The notes: generated by a model not told the origin, from the letters alone. Positions 9,705 to 19,864 are shown, counted from the stretch's first letter. The stretch: DNA of 64,000 bases from a bacterium (GCA_035387885.1 DAOOOW010000003.1:3498-67497), one strand, 5' to 3'. Numbers and translations: made by a program.

Positions 9705-10406
9705 ATGTTAGTTTATATTATTATTCCGACCTATAATGAAAAGGAAAACCTGGCTAATTTAATTCCAGCCATTGCTGAAAATTTAAAAAATTTCGATTAC
9801 AAAATTTTAGTTGTTGATGATAATTCGCCAGATGATACTGGTAAATTAGCAGAAAAGTTAGCCGAAAATTTTCCTATTGAAGTTTTGCATCGCATTGGTA
9901 AATTCGGTTTAGGTTCGGCTTATATTATGGGATTTAAAAAAGCGCTTGCCAATGGCGCTGATTTAATTTTTGAAATGGATGCGGATTTTTCTCATGATCC
10001 CAAAGACTTGCCACACCTGATTGAAGCCGTGAGTCATGCTGATTTAGTAATTGGCTCGCGTAAAATAAAAAATGGCAAAATAATAGGCTGGAATTTTTTA
10101 CGCCATTTTTATTCCAATGGCGCAATGTTTTTTGCTCGGTTGATTTTAGGTTTAAAAACACATGATGTGACGGCTGGATTTCGTTGTTATAAACGTGAAG
10201 TTTTAGAAAAAATAAATTTAGATCAAATTAAATCTAATGGTTATGCTTTTCAAGAGGAAATGCTTTTTCACGTTGAAAAAAATAATTTTAAAATTAAAGA
10301 AGTCCCTGTGGTTTTTCAAGATAGAAAAGTGGGACAGTCCAAATTAAACAAAAAAGATATTTTAGAATTTTTTAAAACAATTTTAAGATTGAGATTGAAG
10401 AAATAA
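9705..10406 (+). CDS. GT2 polyprenyl-phosphate glycosyltransferase (Dpm1/GtrB-like)
   Basis: IIIPTYNEKENL ... VVDDNSPDDT ... DADFSHDP. Confidence 0.8.
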   Translation: MLVYIIIPTYNEKENLANLIPAIAENLKNFDYKILVVDDNSPDDTGKLAEKLAENFPIEVLHRIGKFGLGSAYIMGFKKALANGADLIFEMDADFSHDPKDLPHLIEAVSHADLVIGSRKIKNGKIIGWNFLRHFYSNGAMFFARLILGLKTHDVTAGFRCYKREVLEKINLDQIKSNGYAFQEEMLFHVEKNNFKIKEVPVVFQDRKVGQSKLNKKDILEFFKTILRLRLKK

Positions 10407-10409
10407 ATT

Positions 10410-11141
10410 ATGTCTATTTTTTTTAAAAATAATCAAGAACAACGTCAATATGTTAAAAATAAATTGTCTAAACTATATCCCAATTTTAAAACTGGTGGAG
10501 ATTATTTTGTAGATTTTTTAAGCGGTCATTTAGAGCAAAATTCTCTTATCGTAGATGCGGGGTGTGGCGAGGGTGGTGATATAATGAGTAAATATCAAGG
10601 CAGGGTTAGCTCAATTATTGGCTTAGATATAGACAGTGAAAGTTTAGAAAAAAATCAAAATGTAGATCAAAAAATAGTGGCCAATTTAGAACAAATTTCT
10701 TTAGAAGATAATACAATAGATATTGTGGTGGCAATTTTTGTGTTGGAACATTTAAAAAATCCTTTGGAAGTTTTCAAAGAAATTAGGCGGGTGCTTAAAA
10801 AAGATGGAGTTTTGATATTTTTAACACCAAATTTGTTTAATCCAATAATGTTTTTTAGCAAAATTTCGCCATATTTTATTCATAAAATTTTAAGAAAATA
10901 TATTTTAAAAAATCCAGAGAAGGCTTATAAAACTTTTTATAAAATTAATACCAAATCCAAGTTAGTCTCTTTATTAAAACAAGCAAACTTTACCACCATG
11001 CAGATAAAAAGAGCTGGTAATCCAGAATATTTGGGTTTTTGTAAGCCTTTGGTTGGAGTAGCTATTTTTTGGGAAAAAATAATTGCTAGTAGATTTTTGA
11101 ATTTCTTAAAAATGTATTTAATTGGCAAAGCTATAAAATAA
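10410..11141 (+). CDS. class I SAM-dependent methyltransferase
   Basis: Motif I VDAGCGEGGD, LKKDGVLIF. Confidence 0.65.
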   Translation: MSIFFKNNQEQRQYVKNKLSKLYPNFKTGGDYFVDFLSGHLEQNSLIVDAGCGEGGDIMSKYQGRVSSIIGLDIDSESLEKNQNVDQKIVANLEQISLEDNTIDIVVAIFVLEHLKNPLEVFKEIRRVLKKDGVLIFLTPNLFNPIMFFSKISPYFIHKILRKYILKNPEKAYKTFYKINTKSKLVSLLKQANFTTMQIKRAGNPEYLGFCKPLVGVAIFWEKIIASRFLNFLKMYLIGKAIK

Positions 11142-11176
11142 TTTTTAAATTAAGATTGACAAGAATTTAATTTTTT

Positions 11177-12556
11177 ATGTTAATTAAATTTATAAAAAAT
11201 AATATTTATAAGATTTTTTTAATTTTATTTTTTTTAATAATCATATTTTTTCGTTTTAATAATGTCCTAAATTATAATTCTTACTGGGGCTATGATGGTG
11301 CTAAGCACATGGAATATATTGATTCTATAGAAGATAAATACAGGTTACCAACATTTACAGAAAATTATTTAGCCTGGCACGAACCTTTATATTATTTTGT
11401 CTTTGCAGTTTTTGGTTTTATTTATAAATTTATTACCAACAGTAATAATTTTATTTTGATGATTAAATCTTTACAAATTTTGACTGCATTTTTAGATGTG
11501 ATTTTTTTATTTATTTTTTATAAAACCCTTTCTTTATTAACGGAAAACAAAAGTCTTAAATTATTAACTCTTTTAACCACAGGTTTTTTTACGCCTTTAA
11601 TTTTAATTAATAATTACTTAACCAACGAATTATTTTTATATTGGTTAATAATTTTATGTTTTTATTTTATTGTTAAATTTGATAAAACTGGTTGGAATTA
11701 TCAAAAAATAATTTTGGTGGCTTTTTTATCTAGCTTAGCACTTTTAACTAAACTTTCTGCCATAATTTTTATTTTTTGCTTCATTATTTGGTTTTTATAT
11801 CAAACAATTTATTTTAAAACAAAAATTTATTATAAATATTTATTACTTTTTATCGGTCTAGTTTTTATCATCAACCTGCCTTGGCAAATTTATCGAGCGA
11901 AAAACTTGGGTGGCATTTTCACAATTAATAATTACGAACTTTTGCAAGAGCAGGAAATACCGCAAACAAAAGATATCACCAATAAATTTTGGTTTAATTT
12001 TGATACGCATATTTTTAATAATCCTTTCTGGCAAACTGGCAGAAATTCTTTTTGGTCCATTATTTTTAGTCAAACTTTTATAGATTATGATAATATTGGA
12101 GGCAATGTAGACTTAAACAATGTCCAAAAACAGGTCAAAACAGGTAACGGACGGTATTTGAGCTTTAAAACCTTTAATTGGGCTAAAATAGCCCTTAAAA
12201 ACGGTTTTTTAATGCTTCTGGTTGTGTTATTTGGTTATGCACTTGAGATTAAAAACTCTTTTAAAAATAAATTTATACCAGATGTAAATTTATTTTTAAA
12301 TTTGTTTATTAGTGCTTCTTTTTTGGCTTTAATTTTTAATGTGCTCAAAAATCCTTTTATTGAAAGGGGGACTTTAAAACTTATCTTTATTATCTCGGCT
12401 TTTCCTTGGTTTTTTTTCTTAAGTTATAAAAACATTAATAATTTTTTACAAAATAAAAAAATAAAATTTATTTGGCTTTTTATTTTAGGCACAGTTATAT
12501 TTTATAGTTTTATATCATTAAAAATAAATTGGGTTAGTGCATTGCCAAGAATATAG
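11177..12556 (+). CDS. polytopic membrane protein, probable GT-C fold glycosyltransferase (ArnT/PMT-like)
   Basis: About 12 hydrophobic segments plus glycan-locus context. Family assignment is tentative. Confidence 0.4.
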   Translation: MLIKFIKNNIYKIFLILFFLIIIFFRFNNVLNYNSYWGYDGAKHMEYIDSIEDKYRLPTFTENYLAWHEPLYYFVFAVFGFIYKFITNSNNFILMIKSLQILTAFLDVIFLFIFYKTLSLLTENKSLKLLTLLTTGFFTPLILINNYLTNELFLYWLIILCFYFIVKFDKTGWNYQKIILVAFLSSLALLTKLSAIIFIFCFIIWFLYQTIYFKTKIYYKYLLLFIGLVFIINLPWQIYRAKNLGGIFTINNYELLQEQEIPQTKDITNKFWFNFDTHIFNNPFWQTGRNSFWSIIFSQTFIDYDNIGGNVDLNNVQKQVKTGNGRYLSFKTFNWAKIALKNGFLMLLVVLFGYALEIKNSFKNKFIPDVNLFLNLFISASFLALIFNVLKNPFIERGTLKLIFIISAFPWFFFLSYKNINNFLQNKKIKFIWLFILGTVIFYSFISLKINWVSALPRI

Positions 12557-12563
12557 AAAAATT

Positions 12564-13535
12564 ATGGAAATCAAAAAATGTAAAATTTGTAATCAGGAAA
12601 TTGGCGACAAATCATATTTGGTGCCAGAGATGATGTTTGGAATGGAAGAAAAGTTTATATATCTTGAGTGCCAAAAATGTGGTTGTTTACAAATTAAAGA
12701 ACCTCTAACAGATCTTAGTAAATATTATCCAGTTAATTATTATTCATTTCATAATATAATTTCTAAATTTGATTTTTTAATCTCTTTTTTAAGGCGACAA
12801 ATGGCCAAATATTATATTTTTGAAAAAAATAATATTTTGGGTATGTTTTTAATAATTTTTTTTGGTATACCGGATTTTTTTCACTGGTTTAAAAAAATAA
12901 AATTAAATTCTCAAGCCAAAATTTTAGACGTGGGTTGTGGCATTGGCCACCTGCTTGTCGGTTTAAAAAGAGCTGGCTTTGCAAATTTAACTGGCGTAGA
13001 CGCATATATTGAAAAAGACATTTTTTATTATAATAAACAAATCAAGATATTTAAAGAAGATGTTTTTGGGTTAAATGAAAAATTTGATTTTATCATTTTA
13101 AATCATAGTTTTGAGCACATGTTAGATCCTCAAATAGTAATTAAAAAACTATTCAATTTATTAAATAATGGCGGACGTCTTTTAATTAGAGTTCCTGTGG
13201 TTTCTTCTTATGCTTGGCAACATTACGGAGTAAATTGGGTGCAACTCGATGCACCAAGACATGTTTTTATTCCTTCATTTAAAAGTATGGAAATACTAGC
13301 AAATGTGGGCAACTTTGATTCAATGGATGTTGTTTTTGAATCTTGGGATTTTCAATTTTGGGGTAGTGAGCAATATTTAAGAAATATTCCTTTAAGAAGT
13401 TTTCAATCTTACGCAGAGAATCCTAAAAAATCTATTTTTACAAAATCTCAAATTAAAAAATTTAAAATCCAGTCAAAAGAATTGAATCTAAAAGGGCAAG
13501 GTGATACGGCTAGTTTTTATTTTTATAAAAAATAA
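12564..13535 (+). CDS. class I SAM-dependent methyltransferase with an N-terminal Zn-ribbon (CxxC..CxxC)
   Basis: CKICNQ...CQKCGC followed by LDVGCGIGH motif I. Start chosen at MEIKKC just after the upstream stop. Confidence 0.65.
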   Translation: MEIKKCKICNQEIGDKSYLVPEMMFGMEEKFIYLECQKCGCLQIKEPLTDLSKYYPVNYYSFHNIISKFDFLISFLRRQMAKYYIFEKNNILGMFLIIFFGIPDFFHWFKKIKLNSQAKILDVGCGIGHLLVGLKRAGFANLTGVDAYIEKDIFYYNKQIKIFKEDVFGLNEKFDFIILNHSFEHMLDPQIVIKKLFNLLNNGGRLLIRVPVVSSYAWQHYGVNWVQLDAPRHVFIPSFKSMEILANVGNFDSMDVVFESWDFQFWGSEQYLRNIPLRSFQSYAENPKKSIFTKSQIKKFKIQSKELNLKGQGDTASFYFYKK

Positions 13536-13538
13536 TTT

Positions 13539-15125
13539 TTATTTATAGATTTTCTGTAATAAATAAATTTTTACTTTTTTAAATAAAAAATAATTATAAT
13601 ATTCCTCTTCGGCAATTGTTTTATAATTTGATAATTCTGAAAAAGAAATCACATATTCCATAGTATTTTTAGGAAATAAACGATTAATATACCACGGTCT
13701 GCTTAAATCAATTAAAATTGGTATATTTTTCATTACCTCATACGTGTATTGTCCATTAAGTTCATAACCACCATCTATTTGATAATATAATTTATTTTTT
13801 GCTGTTTCCTGATAAAAATAACTTCTGATTCTATTCCAATCCATATAATTTCTTTCTAGGGTAATAGAGAAAAAAGCAAAAAATAATAAAAAAATTATTG
13901 GTAATATAAAATTTTTTTTTGTTACAAACATTTCTGGCTCGGTGGCAGTTATCAAAATAAAAATTAAAGGCAATAATAATAAATAATAACGATCAAAACT
14001 TATAAAAACCAAAATTAGCATTAACTGCAAAATAAAGTTTATAAAAATAAATTTTAGAAAAATATTAGACCATATTTTTTTAAAGTTTAAAATAAAAAAC
14101 AATAACAAAAGCGCTCCGCCTAAAGAAGCGCCCAAATTAACTATAATTTTTAATGTTGCTGTAAAAACAATAGCTGGTATGCCCATCAGGACTTCTGTAT
14201 TTGGTCCCAGTCCGTAATCATTAATAATATTTTGAATATAGGGAAAATTTGCGCCGATAGTTTTGTTTAAACCAAACAATATAATAAAAAATAATAAAAA
14301 TAAAAATATTTTTTTCTTTGCAAAAAGTTTTTTTTGGTAAATTATAAGCAGGGGCAAAGAAAATAAACCTAGGTATTGAATAGAATAAAAAAGCCAACGC
14401 CCAATATTTTCTAGTAAATTTTTTTCTAAAAGATGGGTTTGCCCTTCGCTAATATTAATATAATTTTTAAATAATATATATCCAATAACTATCAAAAGAG
14501 AGGTTACAAAAGTAAGAATTAAAAAATCTTTTTTAAATTTGATTTTTTTATAAGATAAAAGAAAAAATAAGCATAAAGAGCCTAAAAGTAAAATTCCATT
14601 TTGTCTAATAAAAAAAGCAATAAGCGTGGATAAAAAACCTAATCCTAAATTTAATTCTCTAGACTTATCAAAATATTTTTCAAATTGCCAAAGGGCGAAT
14701 AAGTAAAAAAATAAAAAAGGCACGTCAGTTAAAAAAGTAAAAGAGGTGTTAATTAAAATTGGATTAAATAAAAACATTAAACAGGCAAAAAGATTTATTT
14801 TTTTATCAACTTTATTTTTTTCTAAAATTAAATATAAAATAATTACGCTTAAAATAGAAAAAAATAGACTTGATAATCTTAAAAAATTATAAGAAAAACC
14901 GGTTATTAAACTTATAATAAATCCATAAAATGTTTGAGCAATTAAAATTGGCCCAGTAAATTCATAAAAATCCAATTTATGTTCATAAAGCAGACTTTGA
15001 ACCGTGTGCCCATGCACCCAATCATCATTCAAAGGAAAATTGCCCTGCGGATTTACTAATAAAATGATTATCAAAAAAACGGTAATTATTATAATTAAAT
15101 GTTTTAAACGGCTTGTCATAGTCAT
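13539..15125 (-). CDS. polytopic membrane protein, probable GT-C glycosyltransferase (family 39/83-like)
   Basis: 528 aa and highly hydrophobic, with NDDWVHGH in the first loop. Confidence 0.4.
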   Translation of the reverse strand: MTMTSRLKHLIIIITVFLIIILLVNPQGNFPLNDDWVHGHTVQSLLYEHKLDFYEFTGPILIAQTFYGFIISLITGFSYNFLRLSSLFFSILSVIILYLILEKNKVDKKINLFACLMFLFNPILINTSFTFLTDVPFLFFYLFALWQFEKYFDKSRELNLGLGFLSTLIAFFIRQNGILLLGSLCLFFLLSYKKIKFKKDFLILTFVTSLLIVIGYILFKNYINISEGQTHLLEKNLLENIGRWLFYSIQYLGLFSLPLLIIYQKKLFAKKKIFLFLLFFIILFGLNKTIGANFPYIQNIINDYGLGPNTEVLMGIPAIVFTATLKIIVNLGASLGGALLLLFFILNFKKIWSNIFLKFIFINFILQLMLILVFISFDRYYLLLLPLIFILITATEPEMFVTKKNFILPIIFLLFFAFFSITLERNYMDWNRIRSYFYQETAKNKLYYQIDGGYELNGQYTYEVMKNIPILIDLSRPWYINRLFPKNTMEYVISFSELSNYKTIAEEEYYNYFLFKKVKIYLLQKIYK

Positions 15126-15175
15126 ATAAAATATGATAACATCTAACTTAGAAAAAATAAAATTAATTTTACTTT

Positions 15176-15835
15176 ATGGACATTCAAGAAAAAATCAATC
15201 AGCAAATCGCCAGTTTAAACGAGGCTTTGGATTTTAAGGAATATTTTAAACTGCAACGAGAAATTAATCATGAATATCTGCGCACATGGGATTATGCTGA
15301 ATTTTTTTTAAAAAAAGACGCTTTTGTCCAATATGAATTATTGATCAAAAGTTTTGATGAAAAATTAAAAATAGATCAGGAAAAATCCGCGGAAGAAAAG
15401 GCTAAACAGGGTTTAGATGATAAAAAATTAGAAACCATGAAAAAATTTAACGAACAGGTTTTAGCCAGTTTATCTACTAAAGATTATCAAAAAACTTCCG
15501 AACAAATGTTTTATGTGATTTTGGGCAATGTTATCGAGCACGCGGAGTTAAAAGATATTGATTTAACAAAATTTGATTTAGCTAAAGATTTGTATCCCAA
15601 ACTTAAAGCGCCGCTTTCTTTGGCTGTTTTTCTTTTTCAAAATTTAACTTTTGGCCCTATTGCTTTAAAAATAAATTCTTTAAGCTCGGAATATTTGCAA
15701 AAATATTGTGCCTTGTTTTTATGCCTCTGGCGTTCTGTTTTTGATTTTATGGCTTACGAAAGGATGCAAGAACAACAAAAACAAAATCAATCTGTCAATC
15801 ACGAACATAATCATCAACATGGTAAGGGCGAATAA
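15176..15835 (+). CDS. hypothetical protein with a His-rich C-terminus (NHEHNHQHGKGE)
   Basis: ORF only. Confidence 0.4.
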   Translation: MDIQEKINQQIASLNEALDFKEYFKLQREINHEYLRTWDYAEFFLKKDAFVQYELLIKSFDEKLKIDQEKSAEEKAKQGLDDKKLETMKKFNEQVLASLSTKDYQKTSEQMFYVILGNVIEHAELKDIDLTKFDLAKDLYPKLKAPLSLAVFLFQNLTFGPIALKINSLSSEYLQKYCALFLCLWRSVFDFMAYERMQEQQKQNQSVNHEHNHQHGKGE

Positions 15836-15839
15836 TTCG

Positions 15840-16032
15840 CTCCTACGAGCAAATGGAACATCAAAAACCATTGGCGCTATTGTTCGCGACTATAAAATCG
15901 GTGTAACCAAATGGACGCGTGCCAATAGCAATATTATGGCAACGTAATTATTTTGAACACATTATTAGATCAGAAAGATCTTTATTTGATATTCGTAATT
16001 ATATTTTAAATAATCCCTATAATTGGGCATAG
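15840..16032 (+). pseudogene. IS200/IS605-family (RAYT-like, COG1943) tyrosine transposase C-terminal remnant, frameshifted
   Basis: Frame 0 reads KTIGAIVRDYKIGVTKWTR, then a +1 shift gives WQRNYFEHIIRSERSLFDIRNYILNNPYNW. This is the conserved RAYT/TnpA(IS200) C-terminal signature. The N-terminal catalytic half is missing. Confidence 0.6.
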
Positions 16033-16059
16033 AGTGTTTGTATTGTAGGGGCGCCCTTT

Positions 16060-17511
16060 GTGGGTGCCCAAAATATTATGAAAATTGATTTTAAAAAAAA
16101 ATTTTTACAAATAAAAAAATATTTAGATAAACACTTTTTTGTTTTTTCTTTTATTATATTATTGGTGGTTGGAATTTTAATATATTTACCAACCCTGCAA
16201 ATTGATTTTTTATCAGACGATTGGGGCTATGCTTATTTAGCTAAAAACAACGCCCCACAAGATGCTCTTAAATATTTTTATCAAACAGATATTGATGGTA
16301 ACGGCATTGGTAATTTTAGACCACTAGAAAGTTTTTTGGTTATTCTTGTATGGAAACCATTTCTTAATAATCCTTATTTTATACATTTAATGGCAATTAT
16401 TATGCATATAATAGTTGCTTTTTTAGTTGGTTTTTTATTTCATATAATTTTTAAAGATAAAAAAAGCAGTTTAATAAGTGCTTTTTTATTTTTACTCTTT
16501 CCCTTAAACATGGAAGTGGTTTGTTGGTTGTGTAGCAGTTGGAACACTTTGCCAGCTATTATTTTTTTATTATTGTCCATAATTTTTTATTGTCGAGACG
16601 GTGCTACAAAACATAAAATTATTTTTATGTATTTTTTTGTTATTTTGTCACTTTTAGCTAAAGAGTTTGCTTTATTAATACCCATAATTACTTTTTTCAT
16701 AGATTTATTGTTAAAAAGAAAACCTCATTGGCTACTTATTATTAGTTTTGTAATTTTAGATTTAATATATTTTTTTGCTCGCTTTTTATATCTGGGTCAG
16801 TTGGGTGGCTATACTGATCTTGGGGGTCAATCTTTACATACTCAATTTAGCTTAATAGGTTTAGTTTCATTTATAAAATTACCAATAGTTTATGTTGTTA
16901 ACTTTTTTAATTGGCTACTGGTGCCAGGATGGTTAAAATATTCAGCTGCAATTTTAATTTTTATTTTAATTTTATATTTTATAATTTTATTTTTTACAAA
17001 AAAAGATATTAATAAAAAACAAATCTTAAAAAATATTTTTATTTTATTTATACTTATTTATATTGGATCGGCGTTAGCCTGGAATTTAATCAACCCATTA
17101 TCTAAAATCAATATTCATTCCCGCCTTTATTATTTAAGCAACGTTTGGTTTGTGTTTTTATTGGGTTATTTATTTTTGATTATGAAAAATAATAAGATTT
17201 TTAAAACTTTATATATTTTATATTTAATATGTTTAATAAGTATAAGTTATTATCAAATGCAGCCATGGTTAATAGCTAATGAAAAAACTAAGGAAATAAA
17301 TTTTCTTATAAATAATGTTTTAAAAAATAATGAATCGAAAAAAAAACTGGAGATTATAAATTTGTCAGATGCTTATCAAAATGCTTATATTTATCGCAAC
17401 GGCATAGATTCGGCAGTTGCTTTAATTAATAATTATAAAAAAGATGATATAATTATAGAAAAGAAAATGCAAGCATCAGTTGATTTACCAATAATAGTAA
17501 ATATAAAATAA
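16060..17511 (+). CDS. polytopic membrane protein, possible GT-C-type glycosyltransferase
   Basis: 483 aa and very hydrophobic, with an FLSDDWGYAY loop. The true start is probably MKIDF at 16078. Confidence 0.4.
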   Translation: MGAQNIMKIDFKKKFLQIKKYLDKHFFVFSFIILLVVGILIYLPTLQIDFLSDDWGYAYLAKNNAPQDALKYFYQTDIDGNGIGNFRPLESFLVILVWKPFLNNPYFIHLMAIIMHIIVAFLVGFLFHIIFKDKKSSLISAFLFLLFPLNMEVVCWLCSSWNTLPAIIFLLLSIIFYCRDGATKHKIIFMYFFVILSLLAKEFALLIPIITFFIDLLLKRKPHWLLIISFVILDLIYFFARFLYLGQLGGYTDLGGQSLHTQFSLIGLVSFIKLPIVYVVNFFNWLLVPGWLKYSAAILIFILILYFIILFFTKKDINKKQILKNIFILFILIYIGSALAWNLINPLSKINIHSRLYYLSNVWFVFLLGYLFLIMKNNKIFKTLYILYLICLISISYYQMQPWLIANEKTKEINFLINNVLKNNESKKKLEIINLSDAYQNAYIYRNGIDSAVALINNYKKDDIIIEKKMQASVDLPIIVNIK

Positions 17512-17525
17512 AAATATAATTAATT

Positions 17526-17549
17526 TTAATCAATAAAATTATTGATTAA
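17526..17549. promoter_or_regulatory. perfect 11-2-11 inverted repeat ttaatcaataa-aa-ttattgattaa upstream of mscL
   Basis: Seen directly. It ends 12 nt before the mscL ATG. Confidence 0.3.
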
Positions 17550-17560
17550 CTACAAAACTT

Positions 17561-17863
17561 ATGAAAGGCTTTATAAATTTTATTAGAGAACAAGGAGTCG
17601 TGGGTTTGGCTGTTGGTTTTATACTTGGTGGCGCAGTTTCTAAAGTGGTTTCTTCATTGGTCACCGACATTATCAATCCAATTCTGGGCATTATTCTTGG
17701 AACTGCCGGCGGATTAAAAAATGCTGTCTGGAAAGTTGGTTCCATAAGTATTTTGTATGGTGATTTGATTGCTGTGATTATTGATTTTTTGGTTATAGCT
17801 TTTGTGGTTTATTTCGGGGTTAAAATGTTAGGTATTGATAAATGGGACAAAAAGAAAGAATAG
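17561..17863 (+). CDS. mscL: large-conductance mechanosensitive channel MscL
   Basis: FINFIREQGVVGLAVGFILGGAVSKVVSSLVTDIINP aligns to the MscL TM1 and N-terminal region. Confidence 0.85.
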   Translation: MKGFINFIREQGVVGLAVGFILGGAVSKVVSSLVTDIINPILGIILGTAGGLKNAVWKVGSISILYGDLIAVIIDFLVIAFVVYFGVKMLGIDKWDKKKE

Positions 17864-17894
17864 TTTTTTGTTTAAGAATTAAAAAAATGTTTTT

Positions 17895-17923
17895 TTGACA
17901 AAATCTTTTCTTTTTGGTATAAT
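17895..17923 (+). promoter_or_regulatory. sigma70-type promoter for rnpB (TTGACA-17-TGgTATAAT)
   Basis: Consensus -35 and extended -10 with a 17-nt spacer, about 10 nt upstream of the RNase P RNA 5' end. Confidence 0.55.
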
Positions 17924-17933
17924 AAAAATCGTT

Positions 17934-18329
17934 CAAGGCGGGTGAACGGCTGCCCCGATGAGCGCAAGCAATATTGGGGAGGAAAGTCCGGACATTATAA
18001 AAAATGGTAGTCGCGAAATGCGACCAGGCATAAGAATTACTAAAAAAATAAATCACGATCGTGTTATTTTTTAAGGACAAATTCAAAACCTCGAGACAGT
18101 GCCACAGAGACAATAATAGTCCCGCATTTGCGGGATCAAAGGTGAAAAGTGAATTGGTGTTGATTTTAATCAGCTACAATTCTCGCCCAATGGTGACATT
18201 GGTGCGTGGCAAACCTTACCTAATGCAATCCCTATGGGGAGCTTAGATAGATAGTCGTATTTATTCGTAATATTCGCTTTTATTAGCAATATTCGAATAA
18301 AACAGAATCCGGCTTATGATCCCGCCTTG
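17934..18329 (+). ncRNA. rnpB: RNase P RNA (bacterial type A)
   Basis: GGGAGGAAAGTCCGGAC P4 strand. AGTGCCACAGAGACA...GCGGGATCAAAGGTGAAA matches the E. coli J11-12/P12 region. 3' ACAGAATCCGGCTTAT P4 strand. P1 pairing caaggcggg/cccgccttg. Confidence 0.85.
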
Positions 18330-18346
18330 GACAAATAAAATTTAAT

Positions 18347-19735
18347 ATGAAGAAATCAGACCTTATATTTTCAGCAATTTTAGTCCCTCTAGATTATGTG
18401 ATGACAATCTTGGCGGCTTTGACGGCCTATAGTTTGCGTTATGTTGATTGGGTTAAAGAGATTCGTCCGGTAGCTTTTAATTTGCAGTTTAATCAATATT
18501 TTAACTATGTTTGGCCCATAGCTTTGGGTTGGATAATAATTTTTAGCATTGCTGGATTATATAGAATTTCTGGTTCCAAAAGTTTGTTTGATGAAATAGG
18601 TAAAATATTTTTAGCTTGTTCCACAGCCATGTTGACGGTAATTGTCGGCGCTTTTTTTTCTCGCGAACTTTTTAATTCGCGTTTTATTTTGCTTTTCGCT
18701 TGGGTTTTGGCCATCGTATATGTGGTTTTTGTGCGTTTAATTATTAGGGGTATTCAAAGACTATTATACGGTCAAGGATTGGGCATCAATCGTATAATTT
18801 TAATTGGAGCGGATAATTCGTCAGAAGATATTGCCCAAGAAATTTATCGTAATAAAAAACTTGGTTATCAAATAGTTGCTCGTTTAGAAAATTATAATAA
18901 TAATCAAGAAAAAATCGTATCTCTTTTTAAAACTAAAGGTTTTGAAGAAATTTGGCAGACAGATTCTAACTTGAGTCGCAAAGAAAATGTGGCCTTATTA
19001 GATTTTGCCAATGAACATCATCTGATTTTTAAATATGTGGCGGATTTTTTTGCCACTCAAAGTTTAAAATTTGATATTTATACTTTAGCGGGCATACCAT
19101 TAGTGGAAGTTAAGCGTACGTCTTTAGATGGTTGGGGTAAAATTTTAAAAAGATTATTTGATATAATTTTGTCTGTTTTTTTGTTAATTATTTTTTCACC
19201 AGTTTTTTTGATTTTAGCTTTATTGATAAAAATAGATTCCAGGGGGTCAGTATTTTATGGGGCTAAAAGAATTGGTGCCAATGGTCGTGAAATTAAAATC
19301 TGGAAATTTAGATCCATGATTGTTAATGCAGATAAAATTAAGAAAAAATTATTAGATAAAAACGAAAGAGAAGACGGTCCTTTATTTAAAATGGAAAATG
19401 ATCCGCGAGTAACTCGAGTTGGTAAATTTATTCGTAAATGGAGTTTGGATGAATTGCCCCAATTTTACAATGCTTTTAATGGCAGTATGAGTTTGGTTGG
19501 CCCAAGGCCACACGAACCAGGTGAAGTTAAACAATATAAAACACATCATCAAAAATTATTAAATATTAAACCAGGTATTACAGGTATGGCGCAAGTTTCT
19601 GGTCGTTCAGATTTAGAATTTGAAGAAGAAGTTCGCTTGGATACGTTTTATATTGAAAATTGGTCAATGTGGTTAGATTTAGTTATTTTAATAAAAACCC
19701 CTTTGATTGTTTTTTTGCGTAAGGGTGCTAAATAA
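18347..19735 (+). CDS. polyprenyl-phosphate hexose-1-phosphate transferase (WbaP/WcaJ-type bacterial sugar transferase)
   Basis: N-terminal TM/CoA-binding-like region and a C-terminal bacterial sugar transferase domain (DELPQF...SLVGPRP...GITGMAQV). Confidence 0.85.
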   Translation: MKKSDLIFSAILVPLDYVMTILAALTAYSLRYVDWVKEIRPVAFNLQFNQYFNYVWPIALGWIIIFSIAGLYRISGSKSLFDEIGKIFLACSTAMLTVIVGAFFSRELFNSRFILLFAWVLAIVYVVFVRLIIRGIQRLLYGQGLGINRIILIGADNSSEDIAQEIYRNKKLGYQIVARLENYNNNQEKIVSLFKTKGFEEIWQTDSNLSRKENVALLDFANEHHLIFKYVADFFATQSLKFDIYTLAGIPLVEVKRTSLDGWGKILKRLFDIILSVFLLIIFSPVFLILALLIKIDSRGSVFYGAKRIGANGREIKIWKFRSMIVNADKIKKKLLDKNEREDGPLFKMENDPRVTRVGKFIRKWSLDELPQFYNAFNGSMSLVGPRPHEPGEVKQYKTHHQKLLNIKPGITGMAQVSGRSDLEFEEEVRLDTFYIENWSMWLDLVILIKTPLIVFLRKGAK

Positions 19736-19753
19736 AATTAAAATTAGTGTTAA

Positions 19754-19781
19754 AAAAACGGTTTTAAATACCGTTTTTTTG
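19754..19781 (+). terminator. rho-independent terminator
   Basis: aaaacggt-tttaaat-accgtttt followed by a T-run. Confidence 0.6.
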
Positions 19782-19864
19782 CCTTTTGTTTACTCTCTTG
19801 CTAAGATAAAATAAGTTTTCCACAACAATAATCTTAATATTCTGACACTTTTTAACACTACTTT

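Noticed and set aside
15708-15947. Track ORF as an intact 79-aa gene
   Set aside because: It is a composite. The 5' part overlaps the preceding gene out of frame, and the 3' part is the frameshifted RAYT remnant, which is annotated as a pseudogene instead.
17820-18246. Track ORFs 17820..18113 (-) and 18061..18246 (+)
   Set aside because: Both lie entirely within the RNase P RNA gene and have no RBS. They are chance ORFs in a structured RNA.
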